Part shown: positions 26,085 to 37,350 of the stretch, in pieces
Position numbering within the stretch: position 1 is the first letter of the stretch
How the letters are laid out: each line of letters starts with the position of its first letter
Translations under genes and position numbers: made by a program
Notes under the pieces: model-generated
What the model saw: the letters and a program-made list of their open reading frames with translations, nothing else
What the model was told of the DNA's origin: nothing
Database searches by the model: none
Assembly (NCBI GenBank): GCA_963575745.1
Contig: CAUYUJ010000225.1
Location: forward strand, 744,001 to 808,000
Source: Prorocentrum cordatum
Lineage: Eukaryota
Reading direction: 5' to 3'
Length of the DNA: 64,000 nt

Positions 26085-26659
26085 CTCTCGAAAAATCGCG
26101 GCCCCGGAGGTTTCGGGGCATCGTCGGCCGCCCTCTCTGCACCCCGGGAGCGTCACGGCGCAGCCTGGGATGAGCAGCTGGCCACGAGGAAGTGGTCCAG
26201 ACCTCCAGGGGACCGCCGTGCGAAGAAGTCACGACGTCGGGGGTCACCCCAAGGTGTCCCCGCGGCCTCCAGAGCACCCCCCTCGGGCCCAGAGGGGCCC
26301 CAGGGGGGCCAGAACGGCGAGAAGCGCCAGGGACGTCTTGGGCCAGGAACACCTTTGACAACCCCCAGACGCAGGGTGGCGAGAAATCCTCGCACGACCG
26401 ATACGTCGCCGCGCCAGTTTCTCTCGACGCGCCCACATGGGCGACGCCGACACCACGGCAATCCGCGGCAAACCCTGCGCCCCGTGCTCGAGAGAGACGA
26501 CGCTGGCCCCGCGGCGCCCTCTGAAAGACAGAAGGCCGCGCGTGGGAACAAACGGCGCGCCGACATACCTATACGACCGCCCTGCGGGCGATAAGGAGGT
26601 TGGGGGGGATTGAGATCAAATGCCCACCCTGACGCACCTCCAGCCTGTCACAAAAATGA

Positions 26660-27245
26660 ACTGATGGATTTGGTTCGGTGGATTGGATTGGATGGGATAA
26701 GATGGATTGGATAAGATAAGATGGGTTGGAATGGAAGAGATGGGTTGGGTAAGGTAATATTGATTGGTTTGGCCCGCCGCAGGCGCAAAAACAAATGCAT
26801 TGATGGATTGGGTTGGATGGAATGGATTGGGTGGGATAAGATAAAATGGGCCAATATGGGTTTGATAAAATAAGATGTATTGGATTGGACAAGATGGATT
26901 GGATAAGATAAGCTGGATTGGATAAGAAAGCCCGCCGCAGGCGCCGACAAGAATGAACTGATGGATTGGGTTGGGTGGATTGGATTGTATGGGATAAGAC
27001 GGATAGGATAATATATTATGGGTTGGATAGAAAGAACTGGATAGGATAAGATAAGATGTATTGGATTGGCCCGCCGCAGGCGCAGAAAAAACAATTGATG
27101 GATTGGGTTGGTTGGATTGGATTGGGTGGGAAAATATAAGATGGGACAAGATGGGTTGGATAAGATAAGACGGATTGGATTGGACAAGATGGATTGGATA
27201 ATATAAGCTGGATTGGATAAGAAAGCCCACCGCAGGCCCCGACAA
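26660..27245. repeat. (GGATT/GGATA/AGATA)n pentamer satellite with about 150-bp higher-order unit
   Basis: GCCCGCCGCAGGCGC-like spacer recurs near 26772, 26930, 27069 and 27225. Confidence 0.85.
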
Positions 27246-28269
27246 AAATGAATTATGAAATCAGCGACATGCTTAGCGCCAGGACGCCCGGGACACCCGG
27301 GACACCGCTCGGCCCAACTGGGACACCTCTCGGCCACCGGCGGACGGGAAACGGACTTTCGCTCCTAGACACCCGGGACACCGCCCGGCCCAACTGGGAC
27401 ACCTCCCAGCCACCGGCGGACGGGAACGGACGTTCGCTCCTACTTCGGCCTAGCTACAGGAGAATCACGCGCAGCTTCGCCTCGCCCGCACGCACGACAC
27501 GATCACGAAGCCGAAACCGACTTCCCGGTGGGGGGTCTCTGTCTCACTGCGATCTCACCCCCCCAACCTCCGATACATGTCCCAACCCTCGCGGTCTGGA
27601 CAACGAAGCGCGGTCCAGCGGGTAACCGATCCCATGGATACGTTCCGCGTGGGCATCTGCACGGCACCGCCCAAGATCCATCGCGGATCGTGGCCGAGGA
27701 GTCCGCGCCGCGAGGTGGCGGGCGCTTCCCGTAAGCGACGATATTTCTGACACGCTTTTGGAGCGATGGATGGCCCCGAGAACCCAAAAGTTGCCAAAAA
27801 ACTAGCTCCTCCTCCTCCTCTTCCTCCTCCTCCTCCTCCTCCTCTTCCTCCTCCTCCTCCTCCCGTTCCTCCTCCTCCTCCTCCTCCTCCTCCTCCTTCC
27901 TCCTCCTCCTCCTCCTCCTTCCTCCTCCTCCTCCTCCTGCTCCTCCTCCTCCTCCTATCCTTCCTCCTCCTCCTCCTCGTCCGCGTCTTCCTCCCTCTCC
28001 TCCCCCTCCCCCTCCCCATCCCCCTCCTCCCTTTCCTCCGCCGCCGCCGCCGCCGTCCTCCTCCTCCTCCTCCTCCTCCTCCTCCTCTTCCTCCTCTTCC
28101 TCCTCCTCCTGCTCCTGCTCCTCCTCCTCCTCCTCCATTCCTTTTCGTGTCCTCCCTGTCGCACCCTGGAACAAATCGGAAGGGCGGGCTGGGCGTTTCG
28201 CCTGAGACTTCCTTACCATTTGTGATCCTGAAGCATAACAACTGACAACAAATTCACACATGGAGTGCG

Positions 28270-28991
28270 GCCGGTTTTCAAAATGTGGCTCTCTCATCAG
28301 CGCCGCGCATATTCGTCTTAAAACTTCACGAGAGCTTCACGGCTTGAGGGCGGGTCGTTTTCACAATGTGGCCCTCGCCTTAGCGCCGCACAAATTCGTT
28401 TCAACCATGTGCAAGAACTTCGCGGATTGAGGGCGACTCGTGTTCAATATGTGGCTCTCGCCTTAGCGCCGTACATTAAACATCTGCAACAGCTTTACTG
28501 ATTGAGGGCGGGTGGTTCTCCAACTGTGGCTCTCGCCTTGAAGGCGCGCGCATTCGTTGCTAAAAATTGCAAGAACGTCATGAATGGAGGGCGGCTCCTT
28601 TTCAAAATGTGGCTCTCGCCTTAGCGCCGCGCACATTAGTCTTCAAAAATGGCAGGAGTTTCACGGAGTCGATTGGTTAACGTACCAGAACCGGTGTTCT
28701 GCACATATTATCAGGATTGTCAAGCCTTAACAGCTACGTTGATTCGTGGTGTTGGAATCCCAAGACTGTGTTCTGGCACGATTCGGGATCGTCAAGACGC
28801 AGAAACTCAAGTTGCTTCGTGGCGTTGAAGTTCCAAGAATGGTGCTTTGGCGCGCTTCAGGATCTTCGAACGGTTGTCTCCCAACGGGGCACTTCCCCCA
28901 ATGGCAACGAACCCGTGTAGGGCCCACGACGAGGGAGCTAGGAGGGTTGGTTGATTCAAACATCGTTGATGAGTCTTGGGTCTGCACTGGT
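28270..28991 (+). mobile_element. Dispersed SINE-like family G ending CACTGGT plus (CCT)n
   Basis: Internal about 83-bp subrepeats (GTGGCTCTCGCCTTAGCGCC). Homologous copies at about 20960-21213 (+) and 60610-61240 (-) share the same 3' end. Confidence 0.6.
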
Positions 28992-29420
28992 CCTCCTCCT
29001 CCTCCTCCTCCCGCTCCTCCCTTACCTTCCCCTCCCCCTCCCCTTCCTCCACCTCCTGCTCCTCCTCCTCCTCCTCCTCGTCCTCCTCCTCCTCCTCTTC
29101 CTTCTCCTCTCCCTCCTCCTCCTCCTCCTCCTCCTCTTCCTCCTCCTCCTCCTCCTCCTCCTCCTCCTCCTTGCCCTCCTCCCCCTCCTCCTCCTCGGTT
29201 CCCTCCTCCCTTTCCTCCTCCGCCTCCTCCTCCTCCTCCTCCTCCTCCTCCTCCTCTTCCTTCTCTCCTCCTCCGCCTCCTTCTCCTCCTCCTCCTCTCC
29301 TCCTCCTCCTCATCTCTCCTCATCCTCTCCTCCCTCCCTCCTCTCCTCCTCCTCCTCCCTCCTCCTCCTCCTCCTCCTCCTCCTCCTCCTCCTCCTCCTC
29401 CTCCTCCTCTTCCTCCTCCT
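28992..29420. repeat. (CCT)n microsatellite; related tracts at 27805-28135, 39845-40092, 58840-59115
   Basis: Directly visible. Confidence 0.9.
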
Positions 29421-29431
29421 CTGGCGACAGG
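29415..29431 (+). repeat. Left target-site duplication of the LINE (17 bp)
   Basis: Identical to 37351-37367; lies at the end of a (CCT)n tract. Confidence 0.93.
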
Positions 29432-29453
29432 TCCGTAGCCATTTTGGCTCAAG
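29432..29453 (+). other. Complete dinoflagellate spliced leader (DinoSL) sequence TCCGTAGCCATTTTGGCTCAAG
   Basis: 22/22 match to the DinoSL consensus DCCGTAGCCATTTTGGCTCAAG, directly abutting the left TSD. Confidence 0.97.
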
Positions 29454-29651
29454 GCTCATGCTTTTGCGGGCTGAGCCCGTATTGGCTTTCACGGATACCG
29501 CTAGTCCGCGGCAGTGCCAGAGCCCTTGCGCTCGACAGCTTTCCGCCTACACCGAGGGGTTGGGCTCCCTCGTCAGTTTTGACGCCACGGCCAGGCTGCC
29601 TGGCTACGGAACGGCCATCGCTGCTTTTGTCTCTCGTTCTTTGCGGTCATC

Positions 29652-30827
29652 ATGGCGCCGCCGAAGGGTGCAGCGGCAAGAGACAGGGCAGCACGGGCCA
29701 AGCGATGGGTGTGCAGGCACTGCGCACACGGGAAAACTGGCGAGCCTTGGCACAATCATGCAGATGCTGCTTCTTGCTTCTTGTGTGGTGGGGCCAAAGG
29801 ACGCGTCTACAAGTGTGACCTACCTATTCCTACGCCCAGTGTTCGTGCGCCTCCTTCTGCTGGGGGCAATGCGCGTGCGGCACTGGATGCGAAGGACAAG
29901 GAGTTGGCGGCCCTTCGGAAGCAGGTGCAGCAGCTGCCTCGGGTCAAGCCGACTGAGAATGTGCAGCATGCGCCTCCGCAGCCTGATGCCGCTACCACTA
30001 AGGACGACGCCCAGGGCAAGCAGCAGGAGCTGGATGCGCTGGAGCAGGTTGTTGCGTCCCTCGAGCTGGCGGCCAAGGTTAAGGGCGTTGCCCCGCAGAC
30101 TGTCATCGGCTACGAGGAAGCTCAAACATCTCTTCGAAAGTTGCGGCAGGAGATCCATGATGCTAAGTCTTTGAGTGCGCAGGTGCATGGCATTGGCAAT
30201 AAGATTCAGAAGGCAGATCAGCAGATTGCGAAGCTCAAGACCACTATCGAGTCGGAGGAGCAGGCCATTGCTGAGAAGCAAGACTTGGTGGTTGATCTCA
30301 AGCAGCAATTGGAGACCAAAGAAAAGGCTCGGGTGCAGTTACAGAGGGAGCAGATGGAGTTGTTGCGTGCTCGTACGCCTGAGCAGGTCACTCATGCTCC
30401 TGAAGGCAGCGACCAGGCGGTGTTCGACACTTTCACGGCCAGTCTGGAGCAGCTGCAGAGCCTGGTTCAGTCCCTTGGTGGCGGTGCGCAGTTGGCTGCC
30501 AGCTGCGCCCAGTTCGTGGAGCCCTGGCTTGAGCAGGTTCGGAAGCAGCGAACCGAACAGCAGGAGCAGCTTCGCGCGCAACAGCAGCAGCCACAGCAGC
30601 AGCAGCGCCCCCCTGAGCCGCCACAGCAGCAAGCTGAGCAGCCTGTTCGGCCCGAGCATGTTGACATGCCTGTACCTGAAGATATGGACCTGGAAGATCT
30701 TCGGACCTTTGTGGCTGAAGCTGGGTTGGAAGCCAGCGCTGATGAGACGGAGCTGCGTGCCCAGGCCAAGCGCCAGCTGGACTCTTGCCAGAAGCTGCTG
30801 GCCAAGAAGCTCAAGGTCGATGCTTAG
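29652..30827 (+). CDS. LINE ORF1 protein, 391 aa: N-terminal RanBP2-like zinc finger and long coiled coil
   Basis: Intact ATG-TAG ORF about 200 nt after the SL. Motif WVCRHC...N...SCFLCG, heptad-rich Q/E/K/L middle region, position upstream of pol. Confidence 0.85.
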   Translation: MAPPKGAAARDRAARAKRWVCRHCAHGKTGEPWHNHADAASCFLCGGAKGRVYKCDLPIPTPSVRAPPSAGGNARAALDAKDKELAALRKQVQQLPRVKPTENVQHAPPQPDAATTKDDAQGKQQELDALEQVVASLELAAKVKGVAPQTVIGYEEAQTSLRKLRQEIHDAKSLSAQVHGIGNKIQKADQQIAKLKTTIESEEQAIAEKQDLVVDLKQQLETKEKARVQLQREQMELLRARTPEQVTHAPEGSDQAVFDTFTASLEQLQSLVQSLGGGAQLAASCAQFVEPWLEQVRKQRTEQQEQLRAQQQQPQQQQRPPEPPQQQAEQPVRPEHVDMPVPEDMDLEDLRTFVAEAGLEASADETELRAQAKRQLDSCQKLLAKKLKVDA

Positions 30828-32284
30828 GCTCGTGCTCCTGATTGCCATCACTATCGGCACCATGGCGGCAGATTCCCATACCTTCGATTTCGGCGACGAC
30901 TTTGAGCAGTTGTGTGCCGACCCTGGCTTCGACCAGGGCGACTTCTTCGGGCTCTCCGAGCAGGACACTAGAGCATTTGGAGGACCTGCTGATGCAGGTG
31001 GTGGCAGCGAACGCCTACGTGCGGATCCTGGGGCGCTGCCAGATGCTTTTGTTCCTGCCCATGCTGATGATGGAGGGCATCAGGCGTTAGATCGCAAATC
31101 CTGGGTTGCCAGTGGTAGCTCAGGTTCGCAGTCGCGCCTGCGTCCACCACCCTCCAGGGCACCCCTTCCACAGGAGGCGGGGGGAACAGCGAGTGGGGGT
31201 GGGGGGCGCAGGGTTTTGCTGGACTTCTCTCTCTCATGGCGATGTCGCGGGCAGTGGCACGACGTGGGGCAGCAGTCCAGGACGCCTCCATGAGCCAGCT
31301 CGGATGCCTGCACCACCTGACCCAGTGCAGGACTACCAGGACATGCGCCAGGACTTACGCGACTGGGCGGCGCTCTGGTTTGACAGCCACGCACAGATTC
31401 CACGGGATGGACGGCCTTGGGTCGAGTGGTGCACTGCCTTTCTGTCCACCTTGATCGGCCGTGATGCCAATCTTCCTTTACGCCAGTTGCTCTTGTCTTG
31501 GTTTCCTGGAAGGAGCCTTCAAGATATATTTGGTGAATTATGTTCTTCGGCATGGCGGCAAACTGAGGGACGACGAGAGGCCTGGTTCATGCGCCTCGCT
31601 GGTCGTGAGCCTGGCGCCGCTCAAAGGCTTGAGCACAGGCATTGGAGAGCTCTCGCCGAGGTTCGAGCGACGTTCCGCCGAGTGCTGGGCGACCAGGCCC
31701 CAGACGTCAGGAACCCACCACCTGCTCGACAACCTCATTCAGATGATGACCAAGCGGGCGAGCCTTTGGACTCGGTCATCGCGCAGTTGGTGGCGCTGTC
31801 TTTCAGGCCGACAGCTTCTACTTCAGCTACACCTACGCCTGCATCCACCAGTTCTTGGGGTGGGTCAGCGGCCATGCAGGAGGATGTCACGACGGCTCCG
31901 ACGGGTGCGACCAGCACTGGAATCTCTAACATAGGATCCAGGCCACATGCCTTGCTGGAATCCAGCCCGAGTCGCCACGAACTCCGTCAGAACGCGTCTG
32001 GGCAGGTTTTCCCTGGGGTTCTGGGCCCCTGCTTGCCTCAGGCTGACGCCGAGCGGCGGGAGGTTTCTTGGGGGGGCCTTTCGGCCTCATCGGCTCACGC
32101 CACCGCTGGCCCCCTTGTGCCTGTCGAGGGTTTGCAGAGGCCTGACGGGTCCCAGGGCTCACTTCCTACCTTAAGTGGCATAGGGTTGAGCCACGCGGAC
32201 CCCAATCTGCCATCGGCTCCGACTGGGAAGGCCCGACGCCAAGCCGGCGACAGAGCTAAGCGCAGCCTGCTCTCGCTCAAGGGT

Positions 32285-32960
32285 CAGGTCGCGGCGGTCA
32301 ACGTCAGCTCGCATGGCTCCCTCTTCGAGTACATGCCAGGCATTGGCGACGACGTGAAGGTGCTGCTAGTTCAAGAGCACCACTTGCTGCCCGAGCGCCT
32401 CCAGCAGGCGCAGTCTCAGGCTCGTGATATTGGCTGGCATGGGATATGGGCTGCTGCGACGCCGAGTACGGCCTCGACGGGCTCGACAGCAGGGGTCGCG
32501 ATTCTGGTTCGCACGGACGTGATGATCACCGCCCCTATTTTGGCCGAGAAGGAGGTCGTCGCTGGAAGATGTTTGTTTGCGCATATTCACTGGGGTGTGC
32601 CTGGCGGCTTCACAGCTGGCAGCATTTACCTCGACACGAAGGATGGCATGGGCCCAGTCAACACGGCCTACCTGTGGGAGACGGTCAAGGCACTCTCGAG
32701 GCTCAACAGCCAGGGGGTGGACTGGCTCATCGGTGGGGACTGGAATAACCAGCCAGCTGAGCTTTTCTCGTACAGCTGGGCTACGGCAGCCTCGGCCATT
32801 CCCTTCTGCCCAAAGTTGCCGACGTGCAGGCAGGCCCAACCTGGGACTATACTTGACTACTTTTTGGTTTCTGCAAACTTGGCAGCACGAGTAGACTCCC
32901 ATGTTCGGGTGGATGAAGGGGCGACCTTATACCCTCATTGTCCAGTACATCTGCAAGTGC
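32285..32960 (+). other. Apurinic/apyrimidinic-like (EEP) endonuclease domain of LINE ORF2
   Basis: Motifs AVNV, LLVQEHH, GVAIL, GSIY, IGGDWN, LDYFLVS, PHCPV. Confidence 0.9.
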
Positions 32961-33859
32961 TTGGACAGGACTACCCGCTATGGAGGCTCGTGCCGAATTT
33001 GCCCAAGGAGCTACCACTACAGGCCCCTACTGGATGCTCGAGGTTCCCTTACCATTGGGATGCTACCAGCTTCGAGGTGGCCGACGATGCTGAAGGGCTT
33101 GCAGCTTGTATGGACGACTTGATGATTGGTGTCGAAAAGGAGCTCACCAACCGCTACGACCATGTGGGGCCTGCTGCGCTGCGCTATTCAGGCCGAGCGG
33201 GGGCGACCTCCTTCACGTGGCGGAAGGTTGCCTGACAGCCACCCCTCAAGCGCACCTACAAGCGCCCTCAGACCTTGGCCTGGAAAGTGGTACTTCGATG
33301 GTTTATGCACATTCAGAAGGAGCGTGACAGACTTCGTACGCTGGTCACCAGGCTTCAGATGGCCCACGTGCTTTGCGATATTGACCCGCCCCAGTGCGCA
33401 GTCCTACTGCAGGCTCTCAGTGAAGTTGGTGGGTTTCTTCGTAACATTATGCGCAGCCATGTGGTGCTCCACCAGATGCCTGAGAACGTGCAGGCCTTCT
33501 TGAACTCTGGGCTGCAGGTTTTGGTCGCACCTGGCTTCGAGGACCTTCTGCGCTCGGTCGGGAACGAGGCCACTCGGCTGCGCAAGGAGGACCAGCGTGA
33601 ATCCTACCGAGCCTGGATGCAGTTCCAGCGCAAGGCCTTTCAGTCAGGGGCCCCCATTGCTCACCGCGCCACCAAGGTGCGGCCGCTGGAGCAGGTTGTC
33701 GCATATCAACGGCGGCCTGCAGATGCTCAGCCACAGGCTCTAGCGAATCGGGACATGAGGACTTGGGTTGATGTCTGGACCCATCATGGCTGCCTACCAG
33801 TCCAGCCTCCTCTTGAGGCCGCAGAGTGGCCAGCTCTGCCGAAGCTCGACGCCGCCACC

Positions 33860-34760
33860 TTGAGGAAGGTGATATTGACATTCCCTAGAAAGACCTCGAC
33901 TGGGCCCTGTGCATTACACCCACGCTTGCTGTGGCACCTGTCAGATGAGTCGCTCGAGATGCTGGGCAGTTTCTTTGCAAGGTGCGAGCAGTTACTCGCA
34001 TGGCCTGCAGATCGGCTCTGGTCGATGATGCGTCGTATTCCCAAGGCTGATGAGGGACATCGCCTGATTGCGGTGGTCCACACGTTCCAACGCATTTGGG
34101 GCAGGGCTCGACGTGGCATCTCTCGGCAGTGGGAGCAGCAGCATCGCACGGACAACGTGTGGGGCAACAGGTCCCGCTACACCTCGTCGGACAGCGCTTT
34201 CAGCCACAACTTGGATTCGGAGGTGGCGGTGCTGAGGGGCCAGTTCAGTGCGACGGTCCTACTGGATCTCACGAAGGCCTTCGACATGGTGCGGCCGTCG
34301 CAGCTGTTTCGCGAGGGCTGCTTGCTTGGCTACCCACCGAGGATGCTGTGCATGTTGCTCAAGATGTACGCCCAGCCGAGGAGCCTCAAGGGGTACGGCA
34401 CTTTCTCCGACATGGTGCAGGTGGACCAAGGCATTCTAGCTGGATGCGCGCATGCCGTCTGTATGCTTGAGTGCCTCACGTTACGTGCCATCCTACGCTT
34501 GCGCGACACCTACGCTGGAGTTGTGCCACGGGCTCTTGTTGATGATGTGTCGGTTCAGTACGCTGGGCCTGATCCAAAGGGCCTACTTGCACTTGATTTG
34601 GCTGTGCGAATATTTCAGGAGGACTCGAGAGTGCTTGGTTCTTGCTTTAATGACAAGAAGTCGGGGCTGGTTGCTGCGACGGCCGCTTCTCGTCAGATCT
34701 TGCGAGGCTCTAGTTTGCACGTCGGCGGTGGATGCGTAACCTTGGCCACGAGACCTTCGG
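33860..34760 (+). other. Reverse transcriptase domain of LINE ORF2
   Basis: IPK..GHRLIAV, LLDLTKAFDMV, QGILAGC, LVDD (34535-34546), then RNLG in the shifted frame. Confidence 0.92.
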
Positions 34761-35809
34761 CAGTCGCCCTATTCGGTTGCAAGAGAAGGCCCGCCTTCGT
34801 GATCTTCAGAAGCGACGGCAACGGCTTCATCTTTTTCGCCAAGTTGCTGGTCGTAAGAACTCAGTGATCTGGCGGGCGGGAGCACAACCTGCTGTGGCCC
34901 ATGGTGCGGGTGTTTCGGGCATGACCGACTCAGCTCTTGTCACGGCCAGGTCAGTTGCTGCTACCATGGTGGGGGCACCGCCGAGAGCGCACAAGACGGC
35001 CTACTTGTACTGCCAGTGGCAGGTGCGATACGACCCGATCTTTGATGCGACGACGGCGCTGCTGTGTATGCTGCATTGCTTTATCTGGGATGCTCGTGTG
35101 CCTCTCAGTGCGCTTCGACATGCATGGTTGAGTTTGGCAGATCGTGTTAACGACAAAGGGCTCACCTGGGCGGCGGTTCGCGGCCCACTGAGTGCGGCCT
35201 GGCTCACACTTAACAGAATTGGCTGGACATTTCTTGGACCTCATCACTGGCGTAGCGACCAAGGTGAGGACTTTGATCTTCTGCGAGTGGCACCAGCCGA
35301 CATGAAGGTATTTCTTGAAGAATCGATCAAGCGGTGGCAGGTGCAGCGGCTGGCTTATCACTTGCCTGTGCAGGAGGCTTCTCACGATGTCTGGGAACGA
35401 GCTCTTCGACTTGGGCTACGTGACTTGAGGCAGGCGCCGCTTGGAGCGCTGAGGGCACTGTGGGCTGATCGGTACCCCACTGCTGCCCGCCTTGCTGCCT
35501 GGGGAAAAGATGTGAAGGTGCACTGTGCAGCTTGTCAGTCAGATGATGGATCTTTCGGGCATGTTTGGCTTGGATGTCCCAGCTTGTTGCAGCCCGATGA
35601 GAGCGAGGAGGCTTCTGGTGTTGAGGTTTTGTGTGAGCGGCACGCGTCTCATCGGGATGCTCTGCGAGCTCTTGGACACCGCTCCCCGCTCGATCCTGAG
35701 TTTGACCGTCTCTATTTTAGTTATGGTTTTCCGAGGCTCTCGATCCAGCTTCCATCCCCGCCTGAATCGTCGGTGGCCTGGGAGTGGGGTGACGTTGGGG
35801 GTGAGTGGG

Positions 35810-36265
35810 GGCCTGTTACTTTCGGGGATGGAAGCGCACAGCACCCCGCCGTGCCTGAAGTTAGGCGCGCGGGGTGGGCCATTGTTCAGCTCAACGACGC
35901 GCTCCTCCCTGTCCGTGCGGTATTTGGATCCCTGGAGGGTGCTGTCCAGACCGTGGGCAGAGCGGAGAGAACTGCGCTTCTGCACGCCATGAGGCGTAAT
36001 CCCAGCTTGGAGGTTTTCGTTTCAGATTTGCTTTCTCTGGTTCAGGAAGGTTTGTCTTGGGACCCCGAATTGGCGTGCGGAATGAATAGGTACGCTGCAA
36101 TTTGGAGGAGTGTCTTTGAGTTGGCGCAGCGTCGGCCTGCCCAGGACCCTCCCCCTCACTTCGTCTGGACCCCCGCTCACCTCTCTCTTGAGGAAGTCCT
36201 GGAGCGAAAGCTGGACCCGATAACCTGGATCGGGAATGCTTGGGCCGACCTGTTTGCCAAGCTTG
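35810..36265 (+). other. RNase H domain of LINE ORF2
   Basis: FGDGS...AGWA...QTVGRAE...FVSD...WTPAH...GNAWADLFAK gives the D-E-D-D catalytic set. Preceded by CAAC-x8-HVWLGC at about 35524-35577. Confidence 0.9.
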
Positions 36266-37350
36266 CGTCGACACGGGTCATGATGGCTAGGACGACGGCA
36301 GAGGCTGTCGCAGGCGAGCTCAAGTTTCATCGTGCTACCATCGATTATATTTCCTGGGCTGCTGCCAGGCTCGCTCGACTCCGACGGTGGACCAGTCTGC
36401 CCCCGCCGTCGAGTGTCTTTCGACCCCAGCCTGGGCCGCAGCTCAGCTTGCATGGTCATTCTTTCTTCCTCGACCATGATTCAGGGGAGGTGAGATGTCT
36501 CTCGTGTTTTGTCGGGGCCTGGACCTGCAGCACCTTGGCGCATCTGTGTAACGGCCCCTCCAAGTTTTGCCGACCCTCGGCCCTTTCAGCCCTTAAAGGG
36601 CAAGAGTGGTTGCGTGTTCGAAATCGAGCGCGGCCTGTGAAGGCCGCGGCGGTGGCCGAAGCGGACCAGGCCCTTGAGGCTGTGGGTTTGCTGCCACCTC
36701 CTCTCCCTCCTGGAAACCCCTCGGGAAACGAGAGTGAGGCGGCCATCCGTGATTTTGAGTCGAGAGGTCACACGATTGAGAAGTATGATCGTGTGATGAT
36801 TTGCTCTATCTGTGCAGGCTTTGTTGTGCTCCCGCATGGTGTCCCTCGTGCTCTGATGGCTACTTGTCAGGGTGCCTCCAGGGTCCCTTCGACCAGGGAC
36901 AAGCAGCTGCGGAAGCTTTCCAAGGCCTCGAGAGGCCTGCACCCTTCGACGGGCGAGGTCCTCTCCCGTGCCCAGGGCCCCTCTCCCTCCTCGCCTATGT
37001 CCTCCCCTCAGCAGTCTTCCTCCACGGTATCCATGGTGGCCAGAGCCCTCCGACTTGAGGAGGCTGCCACTTCCGATGGTGGGGGGGCGGGGCGGGTGGA
37101 GCGGGCGGGCGGGATTTCGGACGACTCTGATTAACCTGTTTTGTTTTTCTTGGCCTCGGCGTCGTCGTCGGTCGTCCGTCGGCCGTCGTCGCCGCCGTCG
37201 CCGCCGTGCTGCTGCCGCTGGCGGCCGCACCCTGCACGTGAAGAGCGGCGAGAGCGTGCCAGGCGCGCCCTGCTGCTTTCCGCGTTCTCTCCTTTGCCTA
37301 GCCTGATGGCGTTCGTTGCCCTGCGGACGCTCTCCAGTCGGCGCCCACCA

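Larger units (their letters stand above)
30862..37134 (+). pseudogene. LINE ORF2 (pol), disrupted: N-terminal extension, APE endonuclease, RT, CCHC, RNase H, C-terminal Cys/His motifs
   Basis: Probable start CACCATGG at 30862. Apparent frameshift near 31190-31235, in-frame TGA at 33233-33235, and a frameshift near 34700-34735 just before the RT 'RNLG' motif. Pieces correspond to track ORFs 31106-33235, 33275-34867 and 34732-37134. Confidence 0.85.
29432..37350 (+). mobile_element. Full-length non-LTR retrotransposon (LINE, APE-RT-RNase H type) starting with the dinoflagellate spliced leader
   Basis: Bounded by the identical 17-mer CCTCCTCTGGCGACAGG at 29415-29431 and 37351-37367. Contains ORF1 and a disrupted ORF2 with APE, RT, CCHC and RNase H motifs in LINE order. 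Clade not determined. Confidence 0.95.

Noticed and set aside
29432..29480. SL RNA gene, or a SLACS/CRE-style insertion into an SL gene
   Set aside because: The SL is followed by GC rather than the GT donor, lies inside the TSD, and no SL-gene sequence appears beyond the right TSD. A small inverted repeat at 29467-29479 is not enough evidence.
29454..29500. Degenerate second (relict) SL after the intact one
   Set aside because: Similarity to CCATTTTGGCTCAAG is too weak to call.
33233..33235. Programmed readthrough or recoded TGA between APE and RT
   Set aside because: The same ORF has frameshifts, so a point mutation from CGA or TGG is simpler.
37345..37350. tRNA-like CCA 3' end of the LINE
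   Set aside because: No cloverleaf evident; CCACCA is more simply a variant of the adjacent CCT repeat.
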